Below are positions 1 through 12,741 of a stretch of DNA of 64,000 nucleotides, piece after piece (the stretch's first letter is position 1; each line of letters starts with the position of its first letter). Below the pieces are notes generated by a model that saw only the letters and a list, made by a program, of their open reading frames with translations, was not told the DNA's origin and did not search any database. Source of the DNA: Pavona decussata (lineage: Eukaryota); the NCBI GenBank assembly GCA_977016875.1, contig CDRNST010000008.1:3162001-3226000 (forward strand), in the 5' to 3' direction. The position numbers and the translations under genes were made by a program.

Positions 1-406
1 GGGGTATGTACAGAGTGACAGAGTGAAAATTAAAGAAACTGAAAACCATCCCCCCCTCCACTCGACCCCACTCCATATCTCCAATTGTCTTCCCTTCTTA
101 ATCCAATCTTAGACCAGGAAATACCATGCAACGTTAAAACTGGAACAACAAACTAAGTAATGCTGAGACACAGCATATACGAACTTGTGTAGAGAAAAAG
201 AAAAGTGTTCCTTGGTTAGCTTAAAACTGTTGTGCTTGGAAAAAATGTAATGTTTTTATTGTCGTTGACCATGGGAAGCTATGTGTTGAACAAATGATAT
301 TTCGTACAAATCATGATCCTTTGTTTATCCATACATACTCTCCTTGTTTGCCTGTTGGTTGTATCGTGCTTATTGATGCTTATCGCTATACCGTTTACTT
401 TCACAG

Positions 407-3400
407 GAACTGGCTTTTATTAGAGGTCTGAAAAGATCTGCAACTGTGGTTTGCTTAGAAAGAACTGAGTTACTATCAGTGGAGAAAGAGGATTTCTTCT
501 CCGCCAAGATTGACCTGTGTTTTAACGCGGACATGCAAAGACGGGTGGACTTTCTTCAGTAAGAAAACATTCAGTGATTTTTTTAATTCATCAATAAGAA
601 TAGACACAAGGGATTTGAATATTAATTAAAAGATTTCCGGTCAGCTTCTCACATGTGAAGGGAACATGTAGGTAATAGATCAATTGCTACGAAGGACAGA
701 CCAGTGTTTTCGGATAGCCTAGACCCACAACCTAAAAATTACTTGTTTTCAGTTGACATATATGGTCCATCGATATTGAAACTTGAGGTCAAGGGAAAGT
801 GATGTCATTTGACGTCTTTTTTGAGTGCTTAGTGACCTGGCCTCAGATTGGAAGCGAGGCTGGGGTGACCTTGTTTTGATACAAACCTCACTGCTTTTCA
901 TATGTAGATGCAACTAGTTAGCATAAGAACAACATGATCTACATACGGAAACCAATGAGATTTGTATCAAAACAAGGTCAGCCTGAGCCTTGCTTACAAT
1001 CCAAGGCTAGGTCACTTAGCACACAACTGTAAAATGGTCTATTCGGGATGCTCTTGTGCCCAGGTGGGTTACTCGGGTATAAACGTGACGGGGGGTCCGA
1101 CGTAATTTTTTGGGTCTACAATTTTAACCTCCTGTATTTTTTTTGGGTCTGCAAAATCTGCGCGTATTTTTTTGGGTTCAAATTTCCGCCAGGCTAATAG
1201 TTCTTACGCAATTCAAGCCAATCGTGTAATTTTGGGGTCTAAAATGTCCAGTCTTGTATTTTTTGGTGTGCACAATATAAGGTACATGTATTTTTTTGGG
1301 TGCAAAATATTAGGCTCCGTCGGACCCCCCCGTCACGTTTATACCTGAGTAACCCACCTGGGCTCTTGTGTCCCACTGGTGATGTTTGTTTGTTGTTGTT
1401 TTTTGTTTTGTTTGTTTTTGCTTTTCACCCTAGAAATAAATTGAAGTAACAATGCCTTCAGTTACGCGTACAACCCCAACCTATCTGCTAAACTCCGATA
1501 AATCCACAATATAAACCTTTTTCGCTCCTTAGTATAATAATCTAGGCTTATTTCCTTGTATCAGAAAACATGACCTGTTTAGCACATGGCCTGAAAATGT
1601 GGTTAAGAAAATTGCCGAGGAAAGCAGATTGCAGGACTATAACAGCGATGAAGTTATTGTACGCGATTCCTCTAACCTGCATTGGATCATATTTATTACC
1701 AAGGTAAATATAGCCTGCCTAGCAGGCGTAATCGGAGAGGGAGAGGAGCGAGCGAGAAAAAGTGAGGGACCCAAGGGAGAACTAGGGAGAGGGGAGAGGT
1801 TCCCTATCTCCTCTCCCCAGTCCCCCCTTTCTTCTCTTACCTTTTCTCGCTCCCATCCCCCTCCCCGATTACGCCTTCTACGCTGGCTGAGGCAAATGCT
1901 CTGTGCTAGGAACTAAACACATGTGTCAGTTGAGCCTATTACAAAAGGGCGGGCCATTGATCTCTTGGCACTATAAAATATCCTGTGGGTACTTATTGTT
2001 ATTTTAAAAATCTGAACCTGTGATCTTACAATTATTAACTGAGCATTATGATTTCGTACTCCAAGAGAGGATTCTCGAGATATGCGATGCAAATTTAACT
2101 TTAGTCTTAGAACTGATGATCGATGATCGTTGATAACCGATAATTTTCTGCTGCTGGAAATCGGACCATTAATCTTGAGTGGAAAGTAGTGGTACGCCTT
2201 TTGGTTGCATTGTCTATTCAAACAAATTGTGTTTTGTTTTGTTTTGTTTGCGTTCGCTGAAAAATGTGTCTGCAATGCGAATTGTGCGAGTTCAGCATGC
2301 TATAGTCCTTCTAGCCTATAGAAGTGTTTTGGAATTGATTTGTTAAAAGATAATGTCAACCATTGGTAAACCACTTTACGGTAAATCAGCTAAACTAGTA
2401 AAGGCGAAATCAAAACTCTGGATCACTCACACACAAAATATTTCAATAATATTTTGACTATTTCATACCAGATAGTAGGATATTATGATATCAAAGTCCT
2501 TCTTCTATAATCTTCGTCAATCTATCCATGTGCTGTATTCTGACTTCGAACGGTAACTCTTCAACAATGTTTTTGGGAAAAAAGTAGGATGAGATGAACA
2601 ACCTGTTCTAGATTGGGTCCGAATTTTTATTTCAGCCCTTCTTCGTGAAGTGTTATTACCCGCAAATGTAGCATCGTTTATAACATTTAATATTTATTTT
2701 TAACGTGAAATTGCTTATTGTTTGTTTATTTATTTATGTTTGGTTTTTGCTTTGTTGCGAAGGGTCAATGCGACGTCCTGAGACTTTTAGACCTGAGTAA
2801 CTGCAAAAACTACGTAGAACACGCGGCAAGATACAGAATGGACAGAATACAGGACGATACAACACCCACTTATCGTCTAAATACCGGAGAGATCCCTTTA
2901 AGCTCAATCGTGTTAAGAGGATTTCCATCGGCAGTAATGGAGAGCTCCACCGCTGAACAGACAACAAATTCGGAAAAAACGTTAGTCACTCAAAAAAAGA
3001 AAAACTCCGCACCAGCCGTGCTTCAGCACGCTTCAGCTAAAGGAATCTTACATTCAGAAAATACCAAGGTAAAGACAAAAGGCCACGTGAGTTTCCGCTT
3101 TGAAGAAGAAAATAACTCGTGTCCCGAGCGAGAGCATCGCTCTCTTTCAGAACCATTACGGTCTTACAATATTGTTGACAAAGACGCGGAGACGCACGGT
3201 GATGAGGGATTGATTGAGGAACGAGTGAGTGGCGATGTTGGTGTTGGCGTGTTCATGATGGTGGATAGGCTGAGACCAGGGCAGTGCTTTGTAAGTATTA
3301 ATCACCTAATAAGGTACCTACATGTCTTCTATATTTCTTCTTCGTTTTTGCGCACGCAACATTCGTTGTGAAAACAAAATGATTCTGAAAAAATTTACGT

Positions 3401-6400
3401 ATGATTTTCTTTCCCCCACAGCGTCTCCTCCCCCATAGATTACCTCAGTTAGAAAGCAACCGAACGCCCAAACTCAAAACATAACGGGAAATAAAACATT
3501 CCAATGCAATATCGGTCTCTTAATTACGCTAAAAGATAGGAAAGGCATATTCACTTCTGGTTCTTAAATAATCAGTAGAAATTTCCATCTTGCAAACTTG
3601 TTGTTGACTTACCTATCATCAACTTGGAAAATACCATTGGTTGTATATGCCCAATTAAGTTGATGATAAACTAAGTGAATACAAGTTTCCCTTAAGAAAA
3701 TTCCTTAGTTGTGAACCGGGCCACTAAGGCATCTGCGCAATAAGCTAGAGTTGAGGGCCGGCTGGTTGAGTGTCCTTCCATTTCCACGAAGATTGCAAGC
3801 ACAGTTTTCAATACTAAACATATCACCTACATAGTTTGGATAGCGTTAAGTGTGAGAGCTTGCACACAACGCCTTTGCTTAAAAGAAACTAAATTATACT
3901 GTGACAGGATATGTTCATAACTGATAGAATTAGGTAGATTAAAAAGAGTTCTGAATACATAGTAAGTGGCGTTTCCTAACTTATCGAATAAGGCATTATT
4001 AAGCCACATTAAAAGAGGGCTGTGTGAGGGCTATGTAGTTTCAGCGCAGTGTCACTGTCAGTAATTAAGTTCGTGATTCTGTGCAGGGCGGCTAACTTTG
4101 CATGAATTTTACCGAGAATTAGTTTAATGTAGGGGGGGAGGGAGGAATGGATAGATAGATAGATAGATAGATAGATAGTTTATTAAAAATGCATCGCAGC
4201 CAAAGGCTGAATTGCGCAATTATTTACAAATGTTTTGTGATACTTTAAAAAAATTACAGATGAATCCTTGATAATAAATAAAAAACTGATTACAGTGTTA
4301 AAAATTCTATATAAAGTATTTATATTAAAATATGTTAACTTATAAGGTATATGGGGTAAAACTACAGCCTCGACATCGCATATATAAAAGTGTTTTTGGT
4401 TCTGTTTGTAAAAAGCTTCGGTATATTAAAATGGCGCTGTCGTCTTAGGTTATAGCGTGAATTGTCATAACCTGGAGGAAGGAGCGCTTTCAATTTATGG
4501 TTTGGATCACTAACAATGTTATCAAAAAGTTTCCTGCATAGACCGTAATGATGATCCAAAATGGGTGTTACCCCCACCTCTATTGCCGAGTGGATCATTG
4601 TATAATGGATCATTGTATAATGTAATTCCAGGGATTTGATTAATGTTAGGTTATTGTCAATGTTAACTCCGTATATTACTTGACCCTGATGTGAGCTCGT
4701 AGTTATGTGATGGTTTGCTATCAGTCATAGCCTGAGTCTTAGTGGCATTAAAATGGATCATTGTATAATGTAATTCCAGGGATTTGATTAGCTAAGCGGC
4801 CATGATCCATTATACCATGCCAGAGAAATAGCGATCATTACATTGTCTTCTGGTTGTTTTTGCAAAGTGAAATCAGCGCGATCTAGCAATATTTCTTAAA
4901 CAATTATTCCACTCGTGCTTGTTGGATATGAGATGATTATAGCTAACTTGGCCCTACGCGCCTCGTTGGCTGGAATAATTGTTAACTATCTTTTGCGTAC
5001 AACCTCATTTCTGCAGTTTTGGTAGTACGGGTAATGTCGTTAATATATATGTACTAAACAAGAGCGATCCCGAAAGAGAACCTTGGGGAACACCGCACTG
5101 GACTGTACGCCAGATTGAGAAGACGTCTATTTTTACTCGTTGGTTGCGATAGATAAGGTACGAGTGGATTATATCCAGGGAATATCCCGAGACCCTATAT
5201 GCCTTCAACTTCCCTAATCAGAGACGGTGACATGGCGCGTCGAACGCTTTACTCAGGTCTATGGACACTGCAGAGACTGTTTCTCTGTCATCTAGTGCTT
5301 GTCTCCAGTCCTCAGTAATCTTTAACAGGATCGTACAACACGAATGTCCTCTAAACAATCCATAATCCCCGTACGTGAATCCTTTTTACTGGCGCATGTG
5401 AATCGAGCACTTCTGCCCAGATGGAGAGAACCACTTATGGTATAATGGTTAGGATGGCTGGAGAGCATATGGTCAGATTATGTAGTTGTAGACCTGGTAA
5501 CTCTGGTAGGGTTTTTAATCGAGTTTGTCATCTGGAACTGGAAACACACTTCCTTAAATTTTCCGACGTCGTTGTTATCCGTCTTCAGGTAGAATTTAAA
5601 TCACCAATCACAACTACCTTCTGTCTTGGGGGATTGTACATCAGCTCAAGAGCAGTAGCCAGTGAGTTTAGAAAATTTACACGCTTACATTTACCAGGTC
5701 AACTGTAACATGCACAGACCATAAAAAAGCACCATTATTTCCCTTGACATCAAAACACAGTGATTCTGCATTAACTGGTTCAAACTTGCGTCTTCTTATC
5801 ACTGTTACGTTAGATCTCACATATGCCGTAATTCCTCCCCCATCTTGGTATTATCCGGTTGCCAGGGTGATTTAGGAGAGTATTTTTGATAGCGCAGTTT
5901 CAGCGAGAAATGAGATATCAATTGCATGAGCAATCGTCTAAGGTGGATTTAAACTTCGTCAGCTTTGTGTACGATCGCGTACACGTTAAAATGGGCTCTT
6001 ACGTTAATACATTAAACTTTCTAAAATTCCTGACGTCGCTGTCTTCACCTTGATATCCTCCGCTCTAAGAAGCTCAATGTTAAATGATGCAGAGGAGTTT
6101 GGATAGTAGGATACTCTTCCTCTGAAATATTCATTATGTATTATCATTTTTATGTATTGTAATCTAGGATATTCTAGCATATCTTTTAGCACTATCCTTG
6201 CAGCTTCCCTTTTCCTTTTTATTTTTTCACTCAAGTCAGCTTATAACTAATTTTCTTCGCGCTTTTGGAACTTTTTATACTGAGCACGGGTTTATACCAG
6301 TTAATCTTTTTAAGTTACGGTATGCTGATTGGCCTTTCAGTTTAAATAAAGTATTACATATTATCCTGTGAAACTGATCACTAACTGACTTTATTTTGTA

Positions 6401-7808
6401 TTGCCACCGATAATATTTGGTATCTTACCAGTCCATATCTATGTTTTTAAGCAAAAATTAAATAGAAAAAACGTGTGGAAGTTTTCATTGCCAAGTTTAG
6501 TTATTACGTTTTTTCTCTCTCTTTCTAACAGGGTGCGTGGTCCTTATTGGAGCAGGAAGATAGTTCCCTGCCACGTGCAGACAAAGCGGAAAGTAAAATA
6601 AACATCACTAACAGGCGGCCCAAGAAAAACAAAAAACCCAGAGAAAGACAATTCACTTTGGTCAGCGGAGGTTGCGAGGTGATCAAAGTGGCAAAAGAAG
6701 TTTTCTTCAAATATTCTGATGATGCAACTCTTGAAAAACTCCGAAAATTGACTGGTACATATCCACGAGACAGCATTCTCTGTCAAACATACCTTCAGCA
6801 GAGTGATTGGCGGACTTACAGGGAGAAGATTGTTGACAATGTCGTTGCTAGGCACATCGTGCGCTCAGAAGCAGCAAAAGGATCCGTGCGTTTGCATAGC
6901 GTTAGATCATCACCAGTCCCCTCGCCAATGTGTTCGATGAAGATGTGGCCACCATCTAACTCCAAGTGGGAGTATTTTCCAGACGCGGGGTGGGTGTCGG
7001 GACAACTAACGCGACCAGCTATTGAAGGTAAGTACACTTTTAAATTCAAAAGATCTGTTACAGTGTAAAATTACCGAATCAGCCTTAATACATTTCGACC
7101 ATTATGAGTTACCTTGACCATTATGAGTTACCTTGATCGTAATTTTGGGCACGATGAACACACTGAACACCGGCCATTATAACCAACCCGTGTTAAATCA
7201 ATTAAACCCTTGGATCGTTAGTCTAGAAATATTATTGTTCTTATGGTATTTGGGGCATACTGCAGCTTTGTACGAGGCTACATTGATTCTTTCCGATTTG
7301 ATGAGAGAAAGTTTTTCCTTGTGCTGGTGATACAGGTGATATGCCAACGACAAACATGATCAAAGAACGACTATGGACTGCTTGTGTTTTGTTAATATGA
7401 GTGAATTGTTTTTTAGCTGGAAATTCACGAGGAAATTTCGCTAAGGATAGCAATACAAGGACGACATCCAACCAAAGTAGCTTTTCGCAAAGGAAACATT
7501 CCTCTCTACCACTCAGGACGCCTCGTGGGTCTTCCGGAACGCCTCGTGGTCCTTCCGGGACGCCTCGTGTATCTTCCGGGGCTCCTCGTGGGTCTCCCAT
7601 CCCACATCCCACGTCTGCCACGAGATCTGCTGAGAAGCTTTTACCTCTGGTGACAAACGACCTTGTACTGGCACAAGGTAGCCAGAGAGCTTTGGTACTG
7701 ACCCAGGGAGGGGACAGGTGCAATGATTATCAACTACAGATAGAAAGGAGAATTATAAATAAGCACGACTTGAAGAAAACTAATCCGCATCTTGCCAAAG
7801 TGCTTTGA
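407..7808 (+). CDS. Cyclic nucleotide-binding domain protein (CNBD1/CNBD2-like), 3' part; exons 407-558, 1565-1703, 2763-3290, 6532-7027, 7417-7808 (5' exons lie before the window)
   Basis: Exon 407-558 reads ELAFIRGLKRSATVVCLERTELLSV, a cNMP phosphate-binding cassette. It continues in phase into HDLFSTWPENVVKKIAEESRLQDYNSDEVIVRD..WIIFITK|GQCDVLR...RLRPGQCF|GAWSLL (second CNBD). All junctions are GT-AG with matching phases (2,0,0,1); stop at 7806-7808. Confidence 0.85.
825..1042. mobile_element. Palindromic MITE-like fold-back repeat (left end truncated)
   Basis: Inverted arms gtgcttagtgacctggcct...accttgttttgatacaaa and tttgtatcaaaacaaggtc...aggctaggtcacttagcac. Confidence 0.7.
1059..1362. 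mobile_element. Non-autonomous DNA transposon (MITE), about 43-bp TIRs, 8-bp TSD CTCTTGTG
   Basis: TIR cccaggtgggttactcgggtataaacgtgacggggggtccgacg with a near-perfect reverse complement ending at 1362; identical ctcttgtg at 1051-1058 and 1363-1370. Confidence 0.9.
1711..1889. mobile_element. Short MITE with tagcctgc.tagcaggcgtaatcgg termini
   Basis: 5' tagcctgcctagcaggcgtaatcgg pairs with 3' ccgattacgccttctacgctggct; purine-rich then pyrimidine-rich internal halves. It explains the non-coding tail of ORF 1599..1916. Confidence 0.7.
3700..6235 (-). mobile_element. Decayed CR1/L2-like LINE fragments (endonuclease plus RT) inside a CNBD intron
   Basis: Minus-strand remnants: YYPNSSASFNIELLRAEDI (pre-endonuclease), AY..SGYSLDIIHSYL..RNQRVKI...CGVPQGSLSGSLLF (RT), and an RT C-terminal remnant at 3827-4009; many frameshifts. 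Confidence 0.75.
4150..4620 (-). mobile_element. 5'-truncated LINE 3' end with (TATC)n tail, nested in the older LINE
   Basis: ORF 4362..4613 (LCRKLFDNIVSDPNHKLKALLP..RYNLRR...TNRTKNTFI) is a typical ORF2 C-terminus, followed on the minus strand by AATAAA and a (CTAT)n microsatellite at 4150-4178. Confidence 0.8.
7518..7598 (+). repeat. Coding 21-bp minisatellite (about 4 copies) in the CNBD last exon
   Basis: acgcctcgtgggtcttccgga-like units encoding TPRGSSG-TPRGPSG-TPRVSSG-APRGSP. Confidence 0.85.
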
Positions 7809-10516
7809 TTTTAAGACTGAGCGTAATATTTTTAAATTTATTTATTATTTAATATAATATCTAGTAATAATAAAGAACCAATTTCCTTTTGTGGAAAGAT
7901 CAAGATCTATAGGCATATGTTTTTTGACATCTCATCCATTTTACGTCGTGATGTTCATTATTTCTTTGACTTTTTACTCTCTCGAAAGGGCAAATGCCAA
8001 CGCATTTTGTGACTGGCTATCCAGAGCGTACCAAGACTGTTTAAAAGTATTTGTGATTTGAAAATAACACTGTACATGCTCATATAAGTGAGCCTTGATT
8101 CTTTGAATTCGGCCCACCAGCATATTTCTTGACTGTCTGAGTTCCTTCCTCTGTGCAGGATTGCATTTACTGTGGTCGGATTAAAAGTCAATTGATCAAA
8201 TCCACCAGTATCAATTTGCAAATCATGCTGTTAAATTGAGTAATAAAAAGGATTTTGAGTTAGGGGTGATTTCTAAAGCCTATTGCTATTTTCCCTCCTT
8301 TCCTCGAAATGTCAAACCAGGGAATAGCAATCCTTCTGGAAATTTTTAATTGTAATAAACAAAAACACTGTTAGGCATTTGAGAGTTCAGACAAACGACC
8401 GATAAATAAGCCGCCCCAATATGGTTACAACGGCAGAAACGCTGCTTCTTGTAAGAGTTGAATTTTAATCAACTTAATTACAAAGAAAATCCCACGATGA
8501 TAAGTGATAGAGTGTGCATGGGGTGACTTCTTGAGAGAACAGAATTATTTTATTCAATCAATAAACTGAAGTTTCTCATTTACTGACTTGGACTCCACGG
8601 CTGCTGTCTTGGGTTGTTGTCAAGCTCACTCGCTTGCTAACGCCATGTAGTGCATCCTCTAGGGGAGGAGAGTTTCACAACTGTGTCGAGGAAAAGAAAT
8701 GGTTTCTTCTAAAAGTGCATTTGTTGGATGGATATCTGTTCATTGAATACTTCTTTTAAGGGTCTTTAAGGTTGTTTTGTGAAGTATTTGAATAGCCTCT
8801 CTTGGCAGATTACTGTCGAGGTAAATCTGTTCATAAGCTGATGTCGCAGAAAATGTAAAATACAAAATCTCTTTGGCACGTGAGCGCCCGGGGACGATCG
8901 CGAGCACCAGTCATCGAGACCAAAAAACAGTACTAATCAATATCGGTTGAGTATGCTGTCTGAATCAACTTGCCGTACCAAAGCGGTCAAACCTAATTGT
9001 ATAGGTACGACGCATGAAAGGTGCAACGTCTAAGCGGGGCCTCGATCAGGTGAGCGCACACAAGAATGTTTGGTTGTATCAACTGCTCTGAGCTTATCAA
9101 TGTCTGAATGTAAAAAGAAGACGTAACAGAGAAATATTAACTGTGAATCTACAACCTTCAGATCAGTCAATTTAAATCCATCAGTAATATGTAGACGCCT
9201 TGGAAGATAACTAAGACCCAGAGGACCCACGATCCTGGAAAACTATTTGTCCGTCATGAAACGTTTCATGTAATGTGTCTGTTCATCTTCGTTGTTGCTT
9301 TTAATCGCCATATGAAGCGTCACTGTTTTTTTGTTTTTATATTTTTTTTACCTCTGGGACCAATGAAATTGGCTTACCGCTGTTGTGGTTCCCTGCCTAA
9401 TTTAGCATTTGTATACATATTCTTTATATTTCTGTATCATGTAATAGGCGAAGCTAATAAAATAAAATAAAATAAGATAAAATAAAAAACGATAAAATAA
9501 ACTCAGAAACAAAAATCAACCAAATTAAATACCAAGAGTTGTTCAGTTGCTCCACATAGAGTTTAGAATTAAAACACACAAGGCTTGGCAAAAGAAATAA
9601 CCTTGTTGGACTTAACAACGAACTAAAATTAACTTTATGGTAGTTCAAAACACTTTCTGGTTGGACCTGGCCGCTTAATGTATAAACATTTATTTCATCT
9701 TCCATTGCTTTGTTGCCTTCTCATATTGTAACGTTTTTTGTTTTCCTTTCAGTCTTCGTTATAAAGTTAGCTATTTTGCTATGACTATTTGCAAGTTACA
9801 TTTTCAAATTTCAAATTGTGACGTTTTTGTTTTTTGTTAAGCCTATGTTAAGCCTTATCGTTAACTCAGCCTTGCTTTTTTGAATTATCAATTAAAAGAT
9901 GCCAGAGTAAATGAAAAGGTGTTCACGAGCTGCTTTTTTGCAAACAAAGGAGAAATAGCCAGAACCCAGGGCAAAATACCACTGCATGCAGTGCGGATGC
10001 TTGGAGAAAGCTTCTTCTAACTGAAGCAATCGTTTCAGTTTGGTTTGTATTCCTATCTGCCAGTAGGCTTTTCGATTTTGAACCACAGGTTGGCTTTCTG
10101 GAAGTGTTGAAGTCCACTTCCATCTCTTCACTCCTACGGGTATATTACAAATTCACAAAATGACCAGCCATCAGTTAGCTTTATTGGTTTGAATCCCATT
10201 TCAATCCCTTTCTTGCAGTTAAATTGTGTACATAACTGCGATTGTCGTGTTATGAAAAGAAGGGAAAATATTCGAAATACTTTTAGAAAATGTTCCGACA
10301 ATAAACTTCGGAGAAAACACTTTCGGCAAATTTTGGGCGTTTTTTCGGCTTGAAATTTCCTTTAGATGGTCCAGTTTTTGCGCAACAAAACTAAGCGACA
10401 TAGACTTTAACTTAAGCAAAACTAAAAAGACAAAGCGAAAAGGGCACATGAACACTAGAGACAACTTTAGCGAGCGTTGATATGAAAATTGCGTTACCGA
10501 GACCAAGTTGAACCTG

Positions 10517-10755
10517 GGCCCAGTTGTTCAAAGCCCGGCTAAGCTGATCCCCGGATTAACGTGAACTTTGATGCGAGTTCAATTAATAATTCATAAAGAT
10601 TCTCCGTCAGTCAGTTCTCCGTCAGTTTTGCCTTAGACTTTTCTTAACCTTTAGCTTGAAATTAGCCTTTTAAACCATTTTAAACGAGTGAGCTGAAAAC
10701 CTTGATTAACTTTTAATCGTGGATTAGCGTTAATCGGCTTTCGAGCAACTGGGCC
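10517..10755. mobile_element. MITE with 3-bp CTG TSD (PIF/Harbinger-like)
   Basis: Termini ggcccagttgttc and gagcaactgggcc, flanked by CTG on both sides. Confidence 0.75.
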
Positions 10756-12741
10756 CTGGTTATTAATTCATAATGATTATGAAAATCCTCATTTCACCTT
10801 CTTCTTTGTATAGATTTGTTTAAATCGATTGACTACGGTCAAAATTTATTGAAACTTGCCTCCTATGATTCATTTTTTCAGTAACTGTTTTTAGAGAACC
10901 AACGACGGCCAGGATCGGAATTTAAAAGTAAACAATAGTTAAACATTCGTGTCACTCTGAATAGAGTTGTGCTATCACTATGTCTTCATATATCTTTGAG
11001 TTTCCTTTATTTATAACTGTGAGAATATCAGAAATAAGCTTCTGCGCTTGTAAACCACAAAACTGGATTCAAATAAATACGCGCAATTTTATTTTGCCTC
11101 GTCTCGTCTGGGGTAGGTGAGTCACACTGTTTTTATATGAGTGTTTATGTGAGGAAAAGTTATCCCGCCTGCGAGGGTTACCCTACCTTCCGAGGCGAGA
11201 CAACTCCCCAAACGAAACGAGTTCAGATCCTCTTGTAAACGGTTGGTAGAACTGTTTGAAGAAACGAGTAAAAGGTTAGCCATATAAACAGGGCCTAACG
11301 TTGTTCCGGATAGGGCTATAAACTTAATCTTCGATGTTGCAGTTGTCGTTGTTGCTCCAACAAATTTCAATAAAATTTGGCAATGAAGGATCAAGATCGC
11401 TTAATGGACCACACTTGAATTGTCTTTCTAGCGTTTTGTTGAATCTTGCTTTTTGTAAAATGCTTTAAATCACATAAATTTGTACAGTGCCTAAATAAGT
11501 GTTCGGGCAGTAAATGAAGAGTGTTTGAGTTTTCGCTTGGACGGAAAAATTATCAGGTATTTTTTTGGTTGAAAGTTTATTGTGCCGAAAATTGTTGAGA
11601 TTAAAAGTAAATGAAAACTGACAGTTTTGGCAAGTTTTTCTTGACAATTCTATTTGTTGAAAACTGCCGTGCCAGCTGTCAGTTTTCAGCAAGGAGGTTG
11701 TCAACGAAAGCCTGCTCGTGTGTAAAAACAGTAGGGAAACGTATTAAGGAAGCTTGTTGGTCGTTTAGGTACCATTTATTTATTACAGGGGAGGGAAGGG
11801 AGCTTATGTAATTTTTATCCATCTAACTCATTACTATCCTCCCCACCCCAAGAAAAAAAGCGTTTATTTTCTGGCGCCAGGAGATTTACAGTTTGTGCCC
11901 GATTGTCTTAAATAAAAAAAGAATTCTGCTTGAAAATTGATTTAGTTTTTCATACGACTAGAAGAACAAGCCCTATTCGTGCGTTAAATACGGTTTTATT
12001 ATTAAACAAATCCTATGCAAAACAATTGGACTGTTTTTTTTCTGCCTGTTATTTGTTCAGATGTGAAATATTTGCGAGAGCCATATTTTGATTTAATATT
12101 TGTCTCGCGTGTGTTTAAGTAATTTTAAAAAGTTAGAAATTTGTCTAGTTTATAAAATACGAAATTCTTATACCTGTAATCTAAAGATACTAAGTATTAC
12201 GGTTTTCAAGGATGAGAATAATTTCAGAAAATCTAAAGAAATGTTGTTGTTCATGCGAATACTCTTCCTATCACCCATTTCGACTCATTGTTATGCTAAT
12301 GTCAAAAACGTAGCAACAGAAGTAGCCTAGAAAAATTTCTGTGGTCATTGGCGGTGAGAAAACTAATTACATGCGCCTGAAAAATATGATTTTCGTTCTT
12401 TTTACACCTGGACGATTTAGTTTTAGCACGGGGCAAGATCTTTCAAATTCCCGAAATTACATTTAAATTTTAGTTCTCATGAAGACTGGGAGAATCTGTG
12501 GCACTGGTCAGCGCTGGTTATTGTGAGGTCTAAAGCCTTCATTGGTGTGATTCGTACCCGGCAAAGCACTAAACGATAACGCCGTGGAATTAGAATAATC
12601 GAATGGGGGCTTTCTAAAAATATTCAAGTCATAGTGAAAAGCTTCAAACAAGAAGATGCGAACGTTTTGGGTCACAAGAAAACTTAGAACGAAAAAATAT
12701 TTCACGCTGCTGTTATTATTTTTCTCTTAAATACTTTCAAG

